From the NCBI GenBank assembly GCA_963718615.1, contig OY970368.1:4640001-4704000 (forward strand): a DNA stretch of 64,000 nucleotides, read 5' to 3'. The stretch is from an uncultured cyanobacterium (GTDB lineage: Bacteria; Cyanobacteriota; Cyanobacteriia; PCC-9006; JAAUQQ01). Numbering within the stretch: position 1 is the first letter of the stretch; every line of letters starts with the position of its first letter. Shown in pieces: positions 38,823 to 48,841 of this stretch. The position numbers and the translations under genes are program-made. Below the pieces are notes generated by a model. It made no database searches and was not told where the DNA came from. It saw nothing but the letters and a program-made list of their open reading frames with translations.

Positions 38823-40010
38823 CTACTTTTTGTAACCCAGCTCGCCCAGCACGCGCTCCAGCGCCGCTAGCAGCGTCACCACATTCTCCGGACGGCTGTT
38901 GAAGCCCATCAGGCCAACCCGCCACACCTGACCGGCCAAATCGCCCAGGCCCCCGCCGATTTCGATGTTGTAATCGTTCAGCAGCTTGCTGGTAACCGCT
39001 TTGCCATCAATGCCATCGGGAATGCGCACTGTGGTCAGCGTCGGCAGTCGGTGTTCCTGGGGAACGTGACACTTCAGCCCCAGATCGGCCAGCCCTTCCC
39101 AAAGCAGTTCCGCATTTTTCTGATGCCGAGCCCAGCGGTTTTCGATGCCCTCTTCGCAGATCAGCCGTAGGGCTTCGCGAATGGCGTAGTTCATGTTGAT
39201 CGGTGCAGTGTGGTGGTAGGTCCGCTCTGCACCCCAGTATTTGCCCACTAGGGACATATCCAGATACCAGTTGGGGACTTTACCTTCGCGCTTGTTGAGT
39301 TTTTCTAGGGCGCGATCGCTCATCGTAAACGGCGAAGCACCCGGCGGGCAGCTCAGGCCCTTTTGGCTACAGCTATAGGCCAGGTCAATGCCCCATTCGT
39401 CAATGAACAGCGGCACACCGCCCAAGCTCGTCACCGTATCGGCAATCAGCAAACAGTCAAATTCTTTGCACAGATCGCCCACGCCTTCCAGGGGTTGGCA
39501 GGCTCCCGTGGAGGTTTCGGCATGAACGAGGGCCAGAACCTGAGGTCGATGCTCTTCCATGGCGGCGCGCAGTTCGCTGAGGCTAAAGACTTCGCCCCAG
39601 GGTTTGCGGATCGTGCGCACATCGGCGCGGTAGCGATCGCCCATATCCGTAAGGCGATTGCCAAAATACCCCATCACGCCCACAAGCATGACTTCACCGG
39701 GTTCGATGGTGTTGGCGATCGTTGCTTCCATGGCCGCGCTGCCGGTGCCGCTAACGGGAATGGTAATCCGGTTTTCCGTTTGCCAAGCGTAGCGCAGCAT
39801 TTCCTGGACTTCGCTCATCATGGTGAGGAACGCGGGGTCGAGGTGGCCGACTTGGCGCAAGCTCAGGGCTTGGAGGACCGCCGGGTGAGCGTTGGAAGGG
39901 CCAGGACCCAGGAGCAGGCGAGGCGGCATCGCCAGCGGACCGGCCTGAACCCGGTGGGCTTCGTTGATTTTGGGCTGGGACACAGTTTTCGGGGGAGGCG
40001 TTGCAACCAT
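38823..40010 (-). CDS. Alanine-glyoxylate aminotransferase family (class V PLP)
   Basis: LLLGPGPSN, VHAETSTG, SCSQKGLSCPPG. Confidence 0.95.
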   Translation of the reverse strand: MVATPPPKTVSQPKINEAHRVQAGPLAMPPRLLLGPGPSNAHPAVLQALSLRQVGHLDPAFLTMMSEVQEMLRYAWQTENRITIPVSGTGSAAMEATIANTIEPGEVMLVGVMGYFGNRLTDMGDRYRADVRTIRKPWGEVFSLSELRAAMEEHRPQVLALVHAETSTGACQPLEGVGDLCKEFDCLLIADTVTSLGGVPLFIDEWGIDLAYSCSQKGLSCPPGASPFTMSDRALEKLNKREGKVPNWYLDMSLVGKYWGAERTYHHTAPINMNYAIREALRLICEEGIENRWARHQKNAELLWEGLADLGLKCHVPQEHRLPTLTTVRIPDGIDGKAVTSKLLNDYNIEIGGGLGDLAGQVWRVGLMGFNSRPENVVTLLAALERVLGELGYKK

Positions 40011-40182
40011 TGAACTTCTTCTTGCTGTTGAGATTGAGTAGCCGAGGCTACAAGCGTTTGCCCTAGTTTCCCAAATTTCGAGTCATCCTGGGTGTTTTTC
40101 TGGAAAAGGGGGGTAGGGGGCTTCCTAGCAATCTACTAACCACGCTTCTAAACTTGGGGAGACTCCAGAGCCAGTGTTTGCT

Positions 40183-40377
40183 ATGCCACTCACACTGACG
40201 CCCGAGCTTGAGCAGTTTGCCCAGAACCAAGTTGCCCTGGGGCGATACTCATCTACTAATGAGGTTATTCTTTCGGCGTTGCGGATTCTAGAATCTCTTG
40301 AGATGCTCTATAAAGGTCGGTTTGAGGAGCTTCAGCGTGAGATTCAGATGGGAATTGCGGGGGCCATCGAGTGCTGA
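40183..40377 (+). CDS. ParD/CC2985-family RHH antitoxin, orphan and probably truncated
   Basis: LTPELEQF...GRYSSTNEVILSALRIL...LQREIQMGI; no toxin gene follows. Confidence 0.75.
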   Translation: MPLTLTPELEQFAQNQVALGRYSSTNEVILSALRILESLEMLYKGRFEELQREIQMGIAGAIEC

Positions 40378-40404
40378 GTGGCTATCAAGATTTAGAGGCT
40401 CTTT

Positions 40405-41649
40405 TTAGGGAGAAGAATCATCCGTAGCGATTTCCCAGAGCCAACCGATTAGGGTCATGACGAGGGTGCTGAGAAAAGCGATCAGGCCGATGACGGCGTC
40501 GCGGGGCATGAAGGCTTCGAGCCAGCTGGCTTGAAGTTTGAGGACGGGGTTTTGGGGGTTGAGGCCGATGTCGATGCGCTTGGTTTTGCCGGAGAAGTTG
40601 AGTTTTAGGCCGGGGAGGGATTGGTCGAGTTTGAGGGTTTGGTTGTCGCTGGGTTTGGCTTCGGTTTTTTCTTCGGAAAGGCTGAGGTGGAGGAGGGTGT
40701 CGATGCTGTCGGTGGGAGTGAAGGTGAGGAATTGGTCGGTTTCGAGGCTGGCGGCTCTGTCGGCGAGGCGGACGCTGCCTGCGAGGATGGCGGATTCGCG
40801 GTAGTGGGTGTTGTAGTTTTGGGCGCGGACGTTGGGGGCGTCCAGTTTGACGTTTTGGACGGCGAGGTTGCCCCAGAAGGGTTGTGCGGTGAATTCGGTG
40901 AGCTGGATGTCTAGATCAACGGCGTTGGCTAGGTCGAGGGTGAGTTGGTTGTCGGGTTGCCAGGTGAAGGTTGGGTCGGAGGAGAGGTTGGGGTTGCTGT
41001 CGATGCGATAGTTGGTGAGCTGGACGGAAAAGGAGCCGTTGGGATTGAGGTTGAGGTGGGCGGTTTTGGTATTTGGACGGTTGGCGTTGTTGAGGTTGAA
41101 CTTGATGCGTTTGTTGTAGGTGTCGTAGGTTAGGGCGTTGACTTGGGTGTTGGGTTCGAGGGAGAGGTCGGTGAGTTCGAGGCTGGCGTTGGGGCGAAGG
41201 CTGAGCTGGAGGGTGGCGCTGTCGTCGAGGGGGGTGAGGTCTAGGCTGGTGGTGTTTTGGAGGGTGGGATTGTCGGCAAATTGGCCGGTGAGGCGCAGGG
41301 GGATTTTACCTGTGAGGCTGAGTTGGCGGAGGGTGGGGGTGTTGAGGAGGAAGGGTTGGGGGGCGGTGCTCTCGAAGCTGAGGCTGCTGAGGGTGAGGCT
41401 GCCTTCGCAGGGTTGAGGGCTGGGCAGGAGGGTACCACAGACAATGAGCAGACTGAAGAAAAGGATGCCCAAGAGCAGGCAAATGAATTTGGGTTTACGT
41501 TGGGCAAGGGTTTTGAATTTTTGCCAAGTTTTTTGGCCCCCATTACGCAGGCTGGTGAGTTGGAGTCGCCAGGTTTGCTGGGACCAGGTGCGCAGGTTGG
41601 CAAGATTGGGTGGTTTACGGTGATGAGGTTGGGATTTTATTGGAGCCAT
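40405..41649 (-). CDS. Hypothetical two-TM membrane protein
   Basis: Hydrophobic segments near aa 55-75 and 385-405 flank a beta-rich domain; overlaps the upstream gene. Confidence 0.7.
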   Translation of the reverse strand: MAPIKSQPHHRKPPNLANLRTWSQQTWRLQLTSLRNGGQKTWQKFKTLAQRKPKFICLLLGILFFSLLIVCGTLLPSPQPCEGSLTLSSLSFESTAPQPFLLNTPTLRQLSLTGKIPLRLTGQFADNPTLQNTTSLDLTPLDDSATLQLSLRPNASLELTDLSLEPNTQVNALTYDTYNKRIKFNLNNANRPNTKTAHLNLNPNGSFSVQLTNYRIDSNPNLSSDPTFTWQPDNQLTLDLANAVDLDIQLTEFTAQPFWGNLAVQNVKLDAPNVRAQNYNTHYRESAILAGSVRLADRAASLETDQFLTFTPTDSIDTLLHLSLSEEKTEAKPSDNQTLKLDQSLPGLKLNFSGKTKRIDIGLNPQNPVLKLQASWLEAFMPRDAVIGLIAFLSTLVMTLIGWLWEIATDDSSP

Positions 41650-42389
41650 TTGGGATCATGCGCAAATTGGCGGGTGATTTGGCGGTCTTGGGGCGAATTA
41701 TTTCGCCTTTCTACTAATGCCTTTACCTCAATTATATATCGACCGGGAGGGGCAGTTTTAGCAGCCCACCAAAAACTTACTTCAGGCCCTTTCTTGTCAA
41801 CAAGAAGTTTTCTGTAAACCTCTTTTCTATTACTGGCTTGAATAATCTTCAACTCAATGCTTCGACTACGATCTCCAGTGTAAACCTGGATATCATAGCC
41901 ATCTGATTTCTGAAAAACAATAGGAAAAAGAACAGTCTCCGATCTGATTTCTGCAATACCCCTAATGCCAGAAAAAGGAATTTCTTCTTGTTTCAGTATT
42001 TTGTTCGACCATTCAAAATACCAATGATCTTTCATGGACTTTAACTGTAGCGGATCAAGCTGATAGTAAGCCTGGGAAGACTGAATACGAAGGATGGGCT
42101 GAGAACTGTTGCTACTAGGGGCAGGAATGCGAAGAGAAAGAGTCTTGGAATCAGTTAATTTCCCAATGGAAAAAGAACTGATCCGAAAGTCAGATGAACC
42201 TGCATCAGGGGCTATCATACCTTCACAACGCCTGTAATTCTCTAGCAATCGATAAGCATTTCTGGTATTGGCAGCCCGAGATTTGCATATTTGATCTGTA
42301 ACGGTAGCTGATGAGTCAGGCAAGCCAATCGCTGCCGAAAGTAAAAAGACAAATATTATGATAGGGATAGCCAATCTTAAATATTTCAT
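41637..42389 (-). CDS. Hypothetical secreted protein
   Basis: N-terminal signal; RRCEG motif; PPGRYIIEV Ig-like tail. Confidence 0.7.
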   Translation of the reverse strand: MKYLRLAIPIIIFVFLLSAAIGLPDSSATVTDQICKSRAANTRNAYRLLENYRRCEGMIAPDAGSSDFRISSFSIGKLTDSKTLSLRIPAPSSNSSQPILRIQSSQAYYQLDPLQLKSMKDHWYFEWSNKILKQEEIPFSGIRGIAEIRSETVLFPIVFQKSDGYDIQVYTGDRSRSIELKIIQASNRKEVYRKLLVDKKGPEVSFWWAAKTAPPGRYIIEVKALVERRNNSPQDRQITRQFAHDPKWLQ

Positions 42390-42402
42390 TGAATTGCAAC
42401 TC

Positions 42403-45400
42403 CTATATTCCTATATTCCTTAATTCTTCAATTACCCTTTTCATGGGGATTACATATCCCTTAACATCTTCTTCTACAGCATGTAATACTCCAATCGCAT
42501 GATTATTTTCATCGAAAACAGGACTGCCTGAATTGCCGATACTAAGATTTGCAGAAATCATTATCTTGTCGGAAGATACCGCTAAAAGCTGCCCTTCAAC
42601 TTCAAGCCATGACTGATTTTGGGGATGGCCAATGACTCTGACAGAGCTAGAATTGTCAGGATTTAAGTTTATTGGTACTGGCTTGATGTCATCAGGCAAG
42701 TCGGAAACATCGAGCTCTATAAATGCCAAGTCAGCATTACTATCTTTTCCAGGAAAGATGACTGTTCCCTCAATATGCTTAACACCGGTTTTTTTGTTAG
42801 GCATTTCACCTAGATACAAAGATACATATGCCTGATTAGTGAGCCGTGGATTTCTAGGGTCTGGTACTTGGCTACAACTATCGGTAAAAATATGCCTATT
42901 AGTCACGACTAGGAGTTTATTGCCATTGCGCTTCACAACAAAGCCTGTTCCCTTTTTACATAATCCATTAGGAGAGAAAACTGCTTGAATGAAAACAACA
43001 CTACGTTTTCGCTTAGTAGCTGGGTCTGCAACATTAAGATAATCCTTATTCGAGGGATCTAGTATCCTTTCTTGGGTTTTAGACGCTTTGTAGAAATCCA
43101 AATTATTTTTAGCAAATTCATGGTTTGGATTGATTTTGAGTGATGCACGTGCAGCATCTTCGGCTCTCTTTAAATCACCAGACTTCTGGAAAATAACTCC
43201 AAGTTCGTTGTAAGCATTGGCATGAGAACTACCAAAGAAACCTTGAGCAACACTCTCGGGAATTCCTAATAGAGTAAATACTTCTGGATCAGATTGAGTA
43301 TCGGGAAGCTTTAGGGATTCCTCGTATGCCTCAATTGCATCATTAGGCTTGCCAAGCCAATACAAAACCTCTGCAAGGTCATTGTAATTTGTTGCGCTTG
43401 GCTCGATCATAGCTGCCTTACGATAAAATTCCTCTGATTCTCGTAACTTGTCTGGATCTGCCAAAGAACTCTCGAAATCATCGGGCCGTTTATCAGAACT
43501 CAAGAAGAGATCCAACTTTCCAGCTCTAAAAATAAGAGCTGATGCAGTTTGAAAACGTTCGATTTTCTGCTTTATGCTTCTTGCATCGAAAAAATCACTG
43601 ATAGATTGGAGAATAGCAATTTTTATATAAGCTTCAGAGTCACTTGAAGTTGATGGAATGTATTGATCAGAGATTCTCACTGGATCATCATAATTTGATA
43701 AATTATTTTGATTATCTTGTATTTCTTCACGATAATACGCAACAGCAGAATCCATTTTTCTTTGGATTCCTTGAAATCGACAAATCATGCCTAAAAGACT
43801 ATAGTTTGTTGCCGTTTCAGGTGACAATTTAGATGCTTTTTGCATGACAATATATGCATCATCTAGTCTGTTTTCGATTATCAATACAATTCCCAAAAGA
43901 CTATGAATTTCAGTCTTGCCTGGGAATAATTTAGACGCTTTTTGCGTGACAATATATGCATCATCTAATTTATCTTGTGCAACTAATGCAAATCCCAACA
44001 TGAGGTGGTTCATAGATCTATTTGGGAACAATAAAACCGCTTTAGAAAGTATGAACTCTGCCTCACTCATTCTGTTCTGAAAAATAAGTAATCCACCAAG
44101 ATGTTGATAAATTATTGGGTTTTTTGGATCTAGCTTTAGGATTTTTTGAAAAATTGCAATTTCCTCATCTAATTTGTTCTGACTAGCCAGCACGATTCCT
44201 AGGTTTTCGTGAGCAAGATAGTGTTTAGGATCAACTTCGATCGCTTTTTGGTAGGCCGCGATCGCCTCATCGAGTTTCTTCTGGTCCCTCAGTACATTGC
44301 CCAGGTTGTTGTAAGCATGGGCATGTTTGGGGTCAAGTTCGAGCACTTTTTGAAAGGCGGCGCTCGCCTCCTCCAGTTTCTCTTGGGCACTCAGTGCAAT
44401 GCCCAGGTTGTTGTAGGTATCAGCATTGTTGGGGTCGAGGGCGAGCGCTTTCTCGTAGGCAGAAATCGCCTCCTCCAATTTCTTCTGGGCCCTTAGCGCA
44501 TTGCCCAGGTTGCTGTAGGCAGTGGCATAATCGGGATTGAGGGCGATGGCCTGGCGGTAGGCGGCGCTCGCCTCCTCCAGCTTCTTTTGGTCATACAGCG
44601 CATTGCCTAGGTTGTTGTAGGCGGCGGCATAGTCGGGATTGAGGACGATGGCCTTGCGGTAGGCGGCGATTGCCTCCTCCAGTTTCTTATGGTCGCTGAG
44701 CGCAATGCCTAAATTGCTGTAGGCGGTGGCCAAGTCGGGATTGAGGGCGATGGCCTTGCGGTAGGCGGCGATCGCCTCGTCGAGTTTCTTTTGGTCACTG
44801 AGCGCAGCGCCTAAGTTGTTGTAGGCAGAGGCATAGTCGGGATTGAGGGCGATGGCCTTGCGGTAGGCGGCGATCGCCTCGTCGAGTTTCTTTTGGTCAC
44901 TGAGCGTAACGCCTAGGTTGTAGTAGGCAGAGGCATAGTCGGGATTGAGGGCGATGGCCTTGCGGTAGGCGGCGATCGCCTCGTCGAGTTTCTTTTGGTC
45001 ACTGAGCGTAACGCCTAGGTTGTAGTAGGCAGAGGCATAGTCGGGATTGAGGGCGATGGCCTTGCGGTAGGCGGCGATCGCCTCATCGAGTTTCTTTTGG
45101 TCACTGAGCACATTGCCTAAGTTGTAGTAGGCAGAGGCAAAGTCGGGATTGAGGGCGATGGCCTTGCGGTAGGCGGCGATCGCCTCATCGAGTTTCTTTT
45201 GGTCACTGAGCACATTGCCTAAGTTGTAGTAGGCAGAGGCAAAGTCGGGATTGAGGGCGATGGCCTTGCGGTAGGCGGCGATCGCTTTGTCGAGCTTGTT
45301 CTGATCCCTCAGCGCATTGCCCAGGTTGTTGTAGGCATTGGCATAGTTGGGATCGAGGTAGATCGCTTTCTCGTAGGCGGCGATTGCCTCGTCTAGCTTT

Positions 45401-45687
45401 TTCTGTTCACGTAGTGCATAGCCCAAGTGATGGTGTGCAACTGCATTACCTGGGTTATGTTGAGTAATCTGCCGAAATAGATTCTCTGCTTCCGCTAAAC
45501 GTCCCTCATGGATAGCTTGAACTCCTTCATCAAGAGCTTCTGCTGTTTCATTAAGAGCTTCATCTCCCCCATCAATTATTTGAATTTCTGGCTGAATCAA
45601 CTGCTCAGTAACTTGAGCCATCGCAGCTACAGGCACTGAGCTCGTCGCCACCGCTAGCCCCATGGCCCAAACCTGGATTCGCTTCAT
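42403..45687 (-). CDS. Secreted TPR-array protein with C-terminal trypsin-like serine protease
   Basis: Signal [14 protein letters not shown]...AMAQ; many 34-aa TPRs; catalytic triad motifs VTNRH, ADLA, GNSGSP. Confidence 0.9.
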   Translation of the reverse strand: MKRIQVWAMGLAVATSSVPVAAMAQVTEQLIQPEIQIIDGGDEALNETAEALDEGVQAIHEGRLAEAENLFRQITQHNPGNAVAHHHLGYALREQKKLDEAIAAYEKAIYLDPNYANAYNNLGNALRDQNKLDKAIAAYRKAIALNPDFASAYYNLGNVLSDQKKLDEAIAAYRKAIALNPDFASAYYNLGNVLSDQKKLDEAIAAYRKAIALNPDYASAYYNLGVTLSDQKKLDEAIAAYRKAIALNPDYASAYYNLGVTLSDQKKLDEAIAAYRKAIALNPDYASAYNNLGAALSDQKKLDEAIAAYRKAIALNPDLATAYSNLGIALSDHKKLEEAIAAYRKAIVLNPDYAAAYNNLGNALYDQKKLEEASAAYRQAIALNPDYATAYSNLGNALRAQKKLEEAISAYEKALALDPNNADTYNNLGIALSAQEKLEEASAAFQKVLELDPKHAHAYNNLGNVLRDQKKLDEAIAAYQKAIEVDPKHYLAHENLGIVLASQNKLDEEIAIFQKILKLDPKNPIIYQHLGGLLIFQNRMSEAEFILSKAVLLFPNRSMNHLMLGFALVAQDKLDDAYIVTQKASKLFPGKTEIHSLLGIVLIIENRLDDAYIVMQKASKLSPETATNYSLLGMICRFQGIQRKMDSAVAYYREEIQDNQNNLSNYDDPVRISDQYIPSTSSDSEAYIKIAILQSISDFFDARSIKQKIERFQTASALIFRAGKLDLFLSSDKRPDDFESSLADPDKLRESEEFYRKAAMIEPSATNYNDLAEVLYWLGKPNDAIEAYEESLKLPDTQSDPEVFTLLGIPESVAQGFFGSSHANAYNELGVIFQKSGDLKRAEDAARASLKINPNHEFAKNNLDFYKASKTQERILDPSNKDYLNVADPATKRKRSVVFIQAVFSPNGLCKKGTGFVVKRNGNKLLVVTNRHIFTDSCSQVPDPRNPRLTNQAYVSLYLGEMPNKKTGVKHIEGTVIFPGKDSNADLAFIELDVSDLPDDIKPVPINLNPDNSSSVRVIGHPQNQSWLEVEGQLLAVSSDKIMISANLSIGNSGSPVFDENNHAIGVLHAVEEDVKGYVIPMKRVIEELRNIGI
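44420..45400 (-). repeat. 102-bp tandem repeats encoding near-identical TPRs
   Basis: Unit [34 protein letters not shown], repeated with near DNA identity. Confidence 0.9.
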
Positions 45688-45796
45688 ACCCTTGCCCTGA
45701 ATCATGCCACCGCTGCCCCCAGCAACAACCAACAAACCTTCCGAATCAATTCCTGCCCAAGTCCCAGGCATCAGCCACAGCCAGCCAAGCTATCAA

Positions 45797-45846
45797 CCCA
45801 GACCTCAGTAAAGCTCCCCAGACCTCAGTAAAGCTCCCCAGACCTA
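45797..45846. repeat. 20-bp tandem repeat
   Basis: CCCAGACCTCAGTAAAGCTC, about 2.5 copies. Confidence 0.8.
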
Positions 45847-46169
45847 ACCAGATATCCTGCATCAGACCCCAGCTCTCCGGGTAAATTCTCTGAAGAATCA
45901 GTAAAGATAATGCTTACTTCTAAGTATGATGGCGCATATCCCAGAACAATCCGGCTGGAAGTTCACCCCTCCATGCCCCGCATTAATAGCACTTACAGGT
46001 CTATCAACCCAGCCCATAAAAAACATCAAATCGAGTAGCAATTGATCAGACAGCCACCCCGAAGCAACAACCATTTGCTGCGCAAGGCTAAACACAGGTC
46101 GTACCAGCAGACCCAAACCCAACCGCCGATACTGGCCCCCGCCAAGTTCTGGGGCAATCGCCTCTTTCA

Positions 46170-46315
46170 CCTGGCCCTAGTTCGCATAGATGCTCACCTA
46201 GATGCTCACCATTTGGCATAGTGTGGCGGTTTTGCCCCGGACATTGTCGATTTGTTCGTTGAGCACTAAGAACCGCTGATAGACGGCGATTGCCTTTGCC
46301 AAGTTCTGAAGCGAT
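46170..46315 (-). pseudogene. TPR gene fragment
   Basis: QNLAKAIAVYQRFLVLNEQIDNVRGKTATLCQMVSI*, with a 12-bp duplication TAGATGCTCACC. Confidence 0.55.
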
Positions 46316-46322
46316 CGCCCCT

Positions 46323-46910
46323 CTAACGCCCTGCCCGCAAAATTGCCTCAGCAGTCAACCCTAGAGCCGGGAACGTTGGAGATGCGATTGTCTCTCCTCC
46401 CTGAAACAGAGCAAAGCTGTAATCCCCATTAACCAATGTGCCAATATTCACCACCAAACGATCCGGATCAATAATCCAGTATTCGGGAATCCCCCGCTCC
46501 GCATATTCCCTCGACTTCTCTGTGTAATCGCGATCATGAGACTGCTTGTCTTTAACACCATTAGAAACCACCTCAACCACAAGTAAAGGTGCAGGTTCGC
46601 CTGCTCTCAAAATCCGGCCATCCTTGAAAAGTGCTGCTCTTGACTCATCACTATGGACAATCAGATCCGGTTGTCGCGCCGTTGCCTTGGTGGAACTGAC
46701 CCCAATTTGATGTCCGATAATAATTCGAAAATAGGGAATCCCAAGCCCAAGGAAAACAGCAAACAAAAAACTAGCAATCTCCGGATTTAGCGGATTCTCA
46801 GCACCCATCTCGACTAGCACCCCGTCCTTAAGCTCATAACGAGTATCCGTACCATCGTCATAGCTGAGATACTCCTCCAGAGACATGCGTTTTTGGGTGG
46901 CAACGGTCAT
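46323..46910 (-). CDS. Uma2-family endonuclease
   Basis: RQPDLIV, LVVEVVS, RDYTEKSREYAERGIPEYWIIDP. Confidence 0.95.
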   Translation of the reverse strand: MTVATQKRMSLEEYLSYDDGTDTRYELKDGVLVEMGAENPLNPEIASFLFAVFLGLGIPYFRIIIGHQIGVSSTKATARQPDLIVHSDESRAALFKDGRILRAGEPAPLLVVEVVSNGVKDKQSHDRDYTEKSREYAERGIPEYWIIDPDRLVVNIGTLVNGDYSFALFQGGETIASPTFPALGLTAEAILRAGR

Positions 46911-46999
46911 AGGGTCCTCCGGCTGACTTCACCGAGCTCATTTGATTGTAAGGCTAGCTGGCACTAATCTGCTCAAGGGTGATGAGTGCTGAACACCTT

Positions 47000-47926
47000 T
47001 TAAGTCGACGATACAACTTTTGTCTTTCCACTCCCCAAACTCCGAAAATACAGCGTCCCCACCGCACCCAAAAACCCCAAATACACGATCGCCTGCACCA
47101 AAAACAACCGATCGCGATAGCCCAATAACGCCTTCAACACCACCCCCGGAAACGCTCGATCCGGCAACCAACCGCTCAAATCCCACACCAACGGACCCAA
47201 AATACAAGACGCTTGAGAAACACAAAGATCAAGACCCTGGAGCTGCCCCAGCGCCACCACAGCCCCATTCCCACTCTTCAACAACGACGTCGTCAACCCC
47301 GCCACAATCAGCAATAGCAACAGCCCCATGACTTGGAAAAACCGACGAATATCAATCTGAATGCCAAACCGAAACAGCCCAAACCCGATCGCCACGGCTC
47401 CCAACAAACCGCCCAAGGCACCCACCGTCGCGGCCCAACCCTGCTGAAGATTGGCCAAGATAAAGACCACGGTTTCAAACCCCTCTCGCAGGACGGCGAT
47501 CGCCACCAGCCCAAACACCCCCCAACCCGCTGCTGAACCTTTCGCCGCTGAACCCTGGGATAACGTCGCCGTAATCGACCCCTCAATTTCAGCCTTGAGC
47601 GACTTCGCCTGCCGGGTCATCCAGATCAACATCCAACTGAGCATGGCGATCGCCACCCCACACAACCCCGCCTTTAGCAAGGGTTCAATCACTGCTGCCT
47701 GGGCCGGTTCCAGCAGTTGTATGCGCCCAAAGCCCCATCTCAGCAACAGCCCCGTGAGGGCACTGCCCACCAGCCCTGCCCCAATGCCCCCATAAACCCA
47801 GGGATTGAGCCGCGATTGCTGGGCCTTTTGCAAGCAGGCCAGCACAATCCCCACCACCAGAGCCGCCTCAACGCCCTCTCGCAACGTAATCACAAATGTG
47901 GGCAACGCCGCTGAAATATCGGCCAT
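47000..47926 (-). CDS. FTR1-family iron permease
   Basis: Two RExxE motifs (LREGVEA, LREGFET); multi-TM. Confidence 0.95.
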   Translation of the reverse strand: MADISAALPTFVITLREGVEAALVVGIVLACLQKAQQSRLNPWVYGGIGAGLVGSALTGLLLRWGFGRIQLLEPAQAAVIEPLLKAGLCGVAIAMLSWMLIWMTRQAKSLKAEIEGSITATLSQGSAAKGSAAGWGVFGLVAIAVLREGFETVVFILANLQQGWAATVGALGGLLGAVAIGFGLFRFGIQIDIRRFFQVMGLLLLLIVAGLTTSLLKSGNGAVVALGQLQGLDLCVSQASCILGPLVWDLSGWLPDRAFPGVVLKALLGYRDRLFLVQAIVYLGFLGAVGTLYFRSLGSGKTKVVSST

Positions 47927-47964
47927 GACTCTCTTCTCTCCTGAGGCTCGTAAGGTCCTGTCCC

Positions 47965-48025
47965 TATTCTGGCATTGGACATTCTGGCCTTGGGCATTCT
48001 GGCATTGGACATTCTGGCATTGGGC
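47965..48025. repeat. 15-bp tandem repeat
   Basis: ATTCTGGCATTGGRC, about 4 copies, between FTR1 and fur. Confidence 0.8.
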
Positions 48026-48121
48026 ACTTGTTATTTCTTTGCAATAAGAGCAGCTTCTTGCAATTGAGCCCCTCTCTTCGCTATGCTTCTCATTAAGCCT
48101 ATCTTATTGAGATATTTTCCT

Positions 48122-48577
48122 ATGGTGGCCTACACCCCCGCAGCCCTCAAAGCCGAACTCAACGAGCGGGGCTGGCGCATGACACCGCAGCGGCAGACGA
48201 TTCTCGAAACCTTTCAGAATTTGCCTGAAGGCGAACATCTGAGTGCGGAGGATTTGTGTGAAATGTTGGGGCAACGGGGGGAAAAGGTCAGCCTCTCGAC
48301 GGTTTATCGCAATTTGAAGCTGATGTCCCGCATGGGAATTTTGCGCGAGCTGGAGCTGGCGGAGGGCCATAAGCGTTACGAAATTAATCAGCCCGCTCCC
48401 CACCACCATCACCATTTAATCTGCGTGCGTTGCAATAAAACCGTTGAGTTTAAGAACGATTCTGTCCTCAAGGCCGGGGCCAAAATGGCGGATAAATCGG
48501 GGTATCATCTGCTCGACTGTCAGTTGCTCATCCATGCGATTTGCCCCGCTTGCCAGCGATCGATTATGCCGATCTAG
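48122..48577 (+). CDS. fur: Ferric uptake regulator (FurA-like)
   Basis: LKAELNERGWRMTPQR, HLSAED, HHHHHLICVRC, CPAC. Confidence 0.93.
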   Translation: MVAYTPAALKAELNERGWRMTPQRQTILETFQNLPEGEHLSAEDLCEMLGQRGEKVSLSTVYRNLKLMSRMGILRELELAEGHKRYEINQPAPHHHHHLICVRCNKTVEFKNDSVLKAGAKMADKSGYHLLDCQLLIHAICPACQRSIMPI

Positions 48578-48841
48578 GTCAATCTCCCAGGGGGGCGATC
48601 GCCAACCGCGACCCGCTCCCTGTCCTGGGTCCAGTGGGCATCCAAAAAACCTATAAAACCCGTCTGTAAAACCTGTCTGTAAAACCTGTCTGCAAAATCT
48701 ATCTGAAAAATCTGTCTTGGGATAGAGGCAAAAGACAACTGAAAAATAATCTCAGTAGTTTATTAAGGCATTGTTGCGTTTTGTAAAAAATCCAAGGAAA
48801 TTGTGAAATGATGGGGATAAGTATTCCCTTCCTCGCTGGCC

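Noticed and set aside
44420-45400. CRISPR or DGR template repeats
   Set aside because: The 102-bp units are in-frame TPR codons; no reverse transcriptase in the window.
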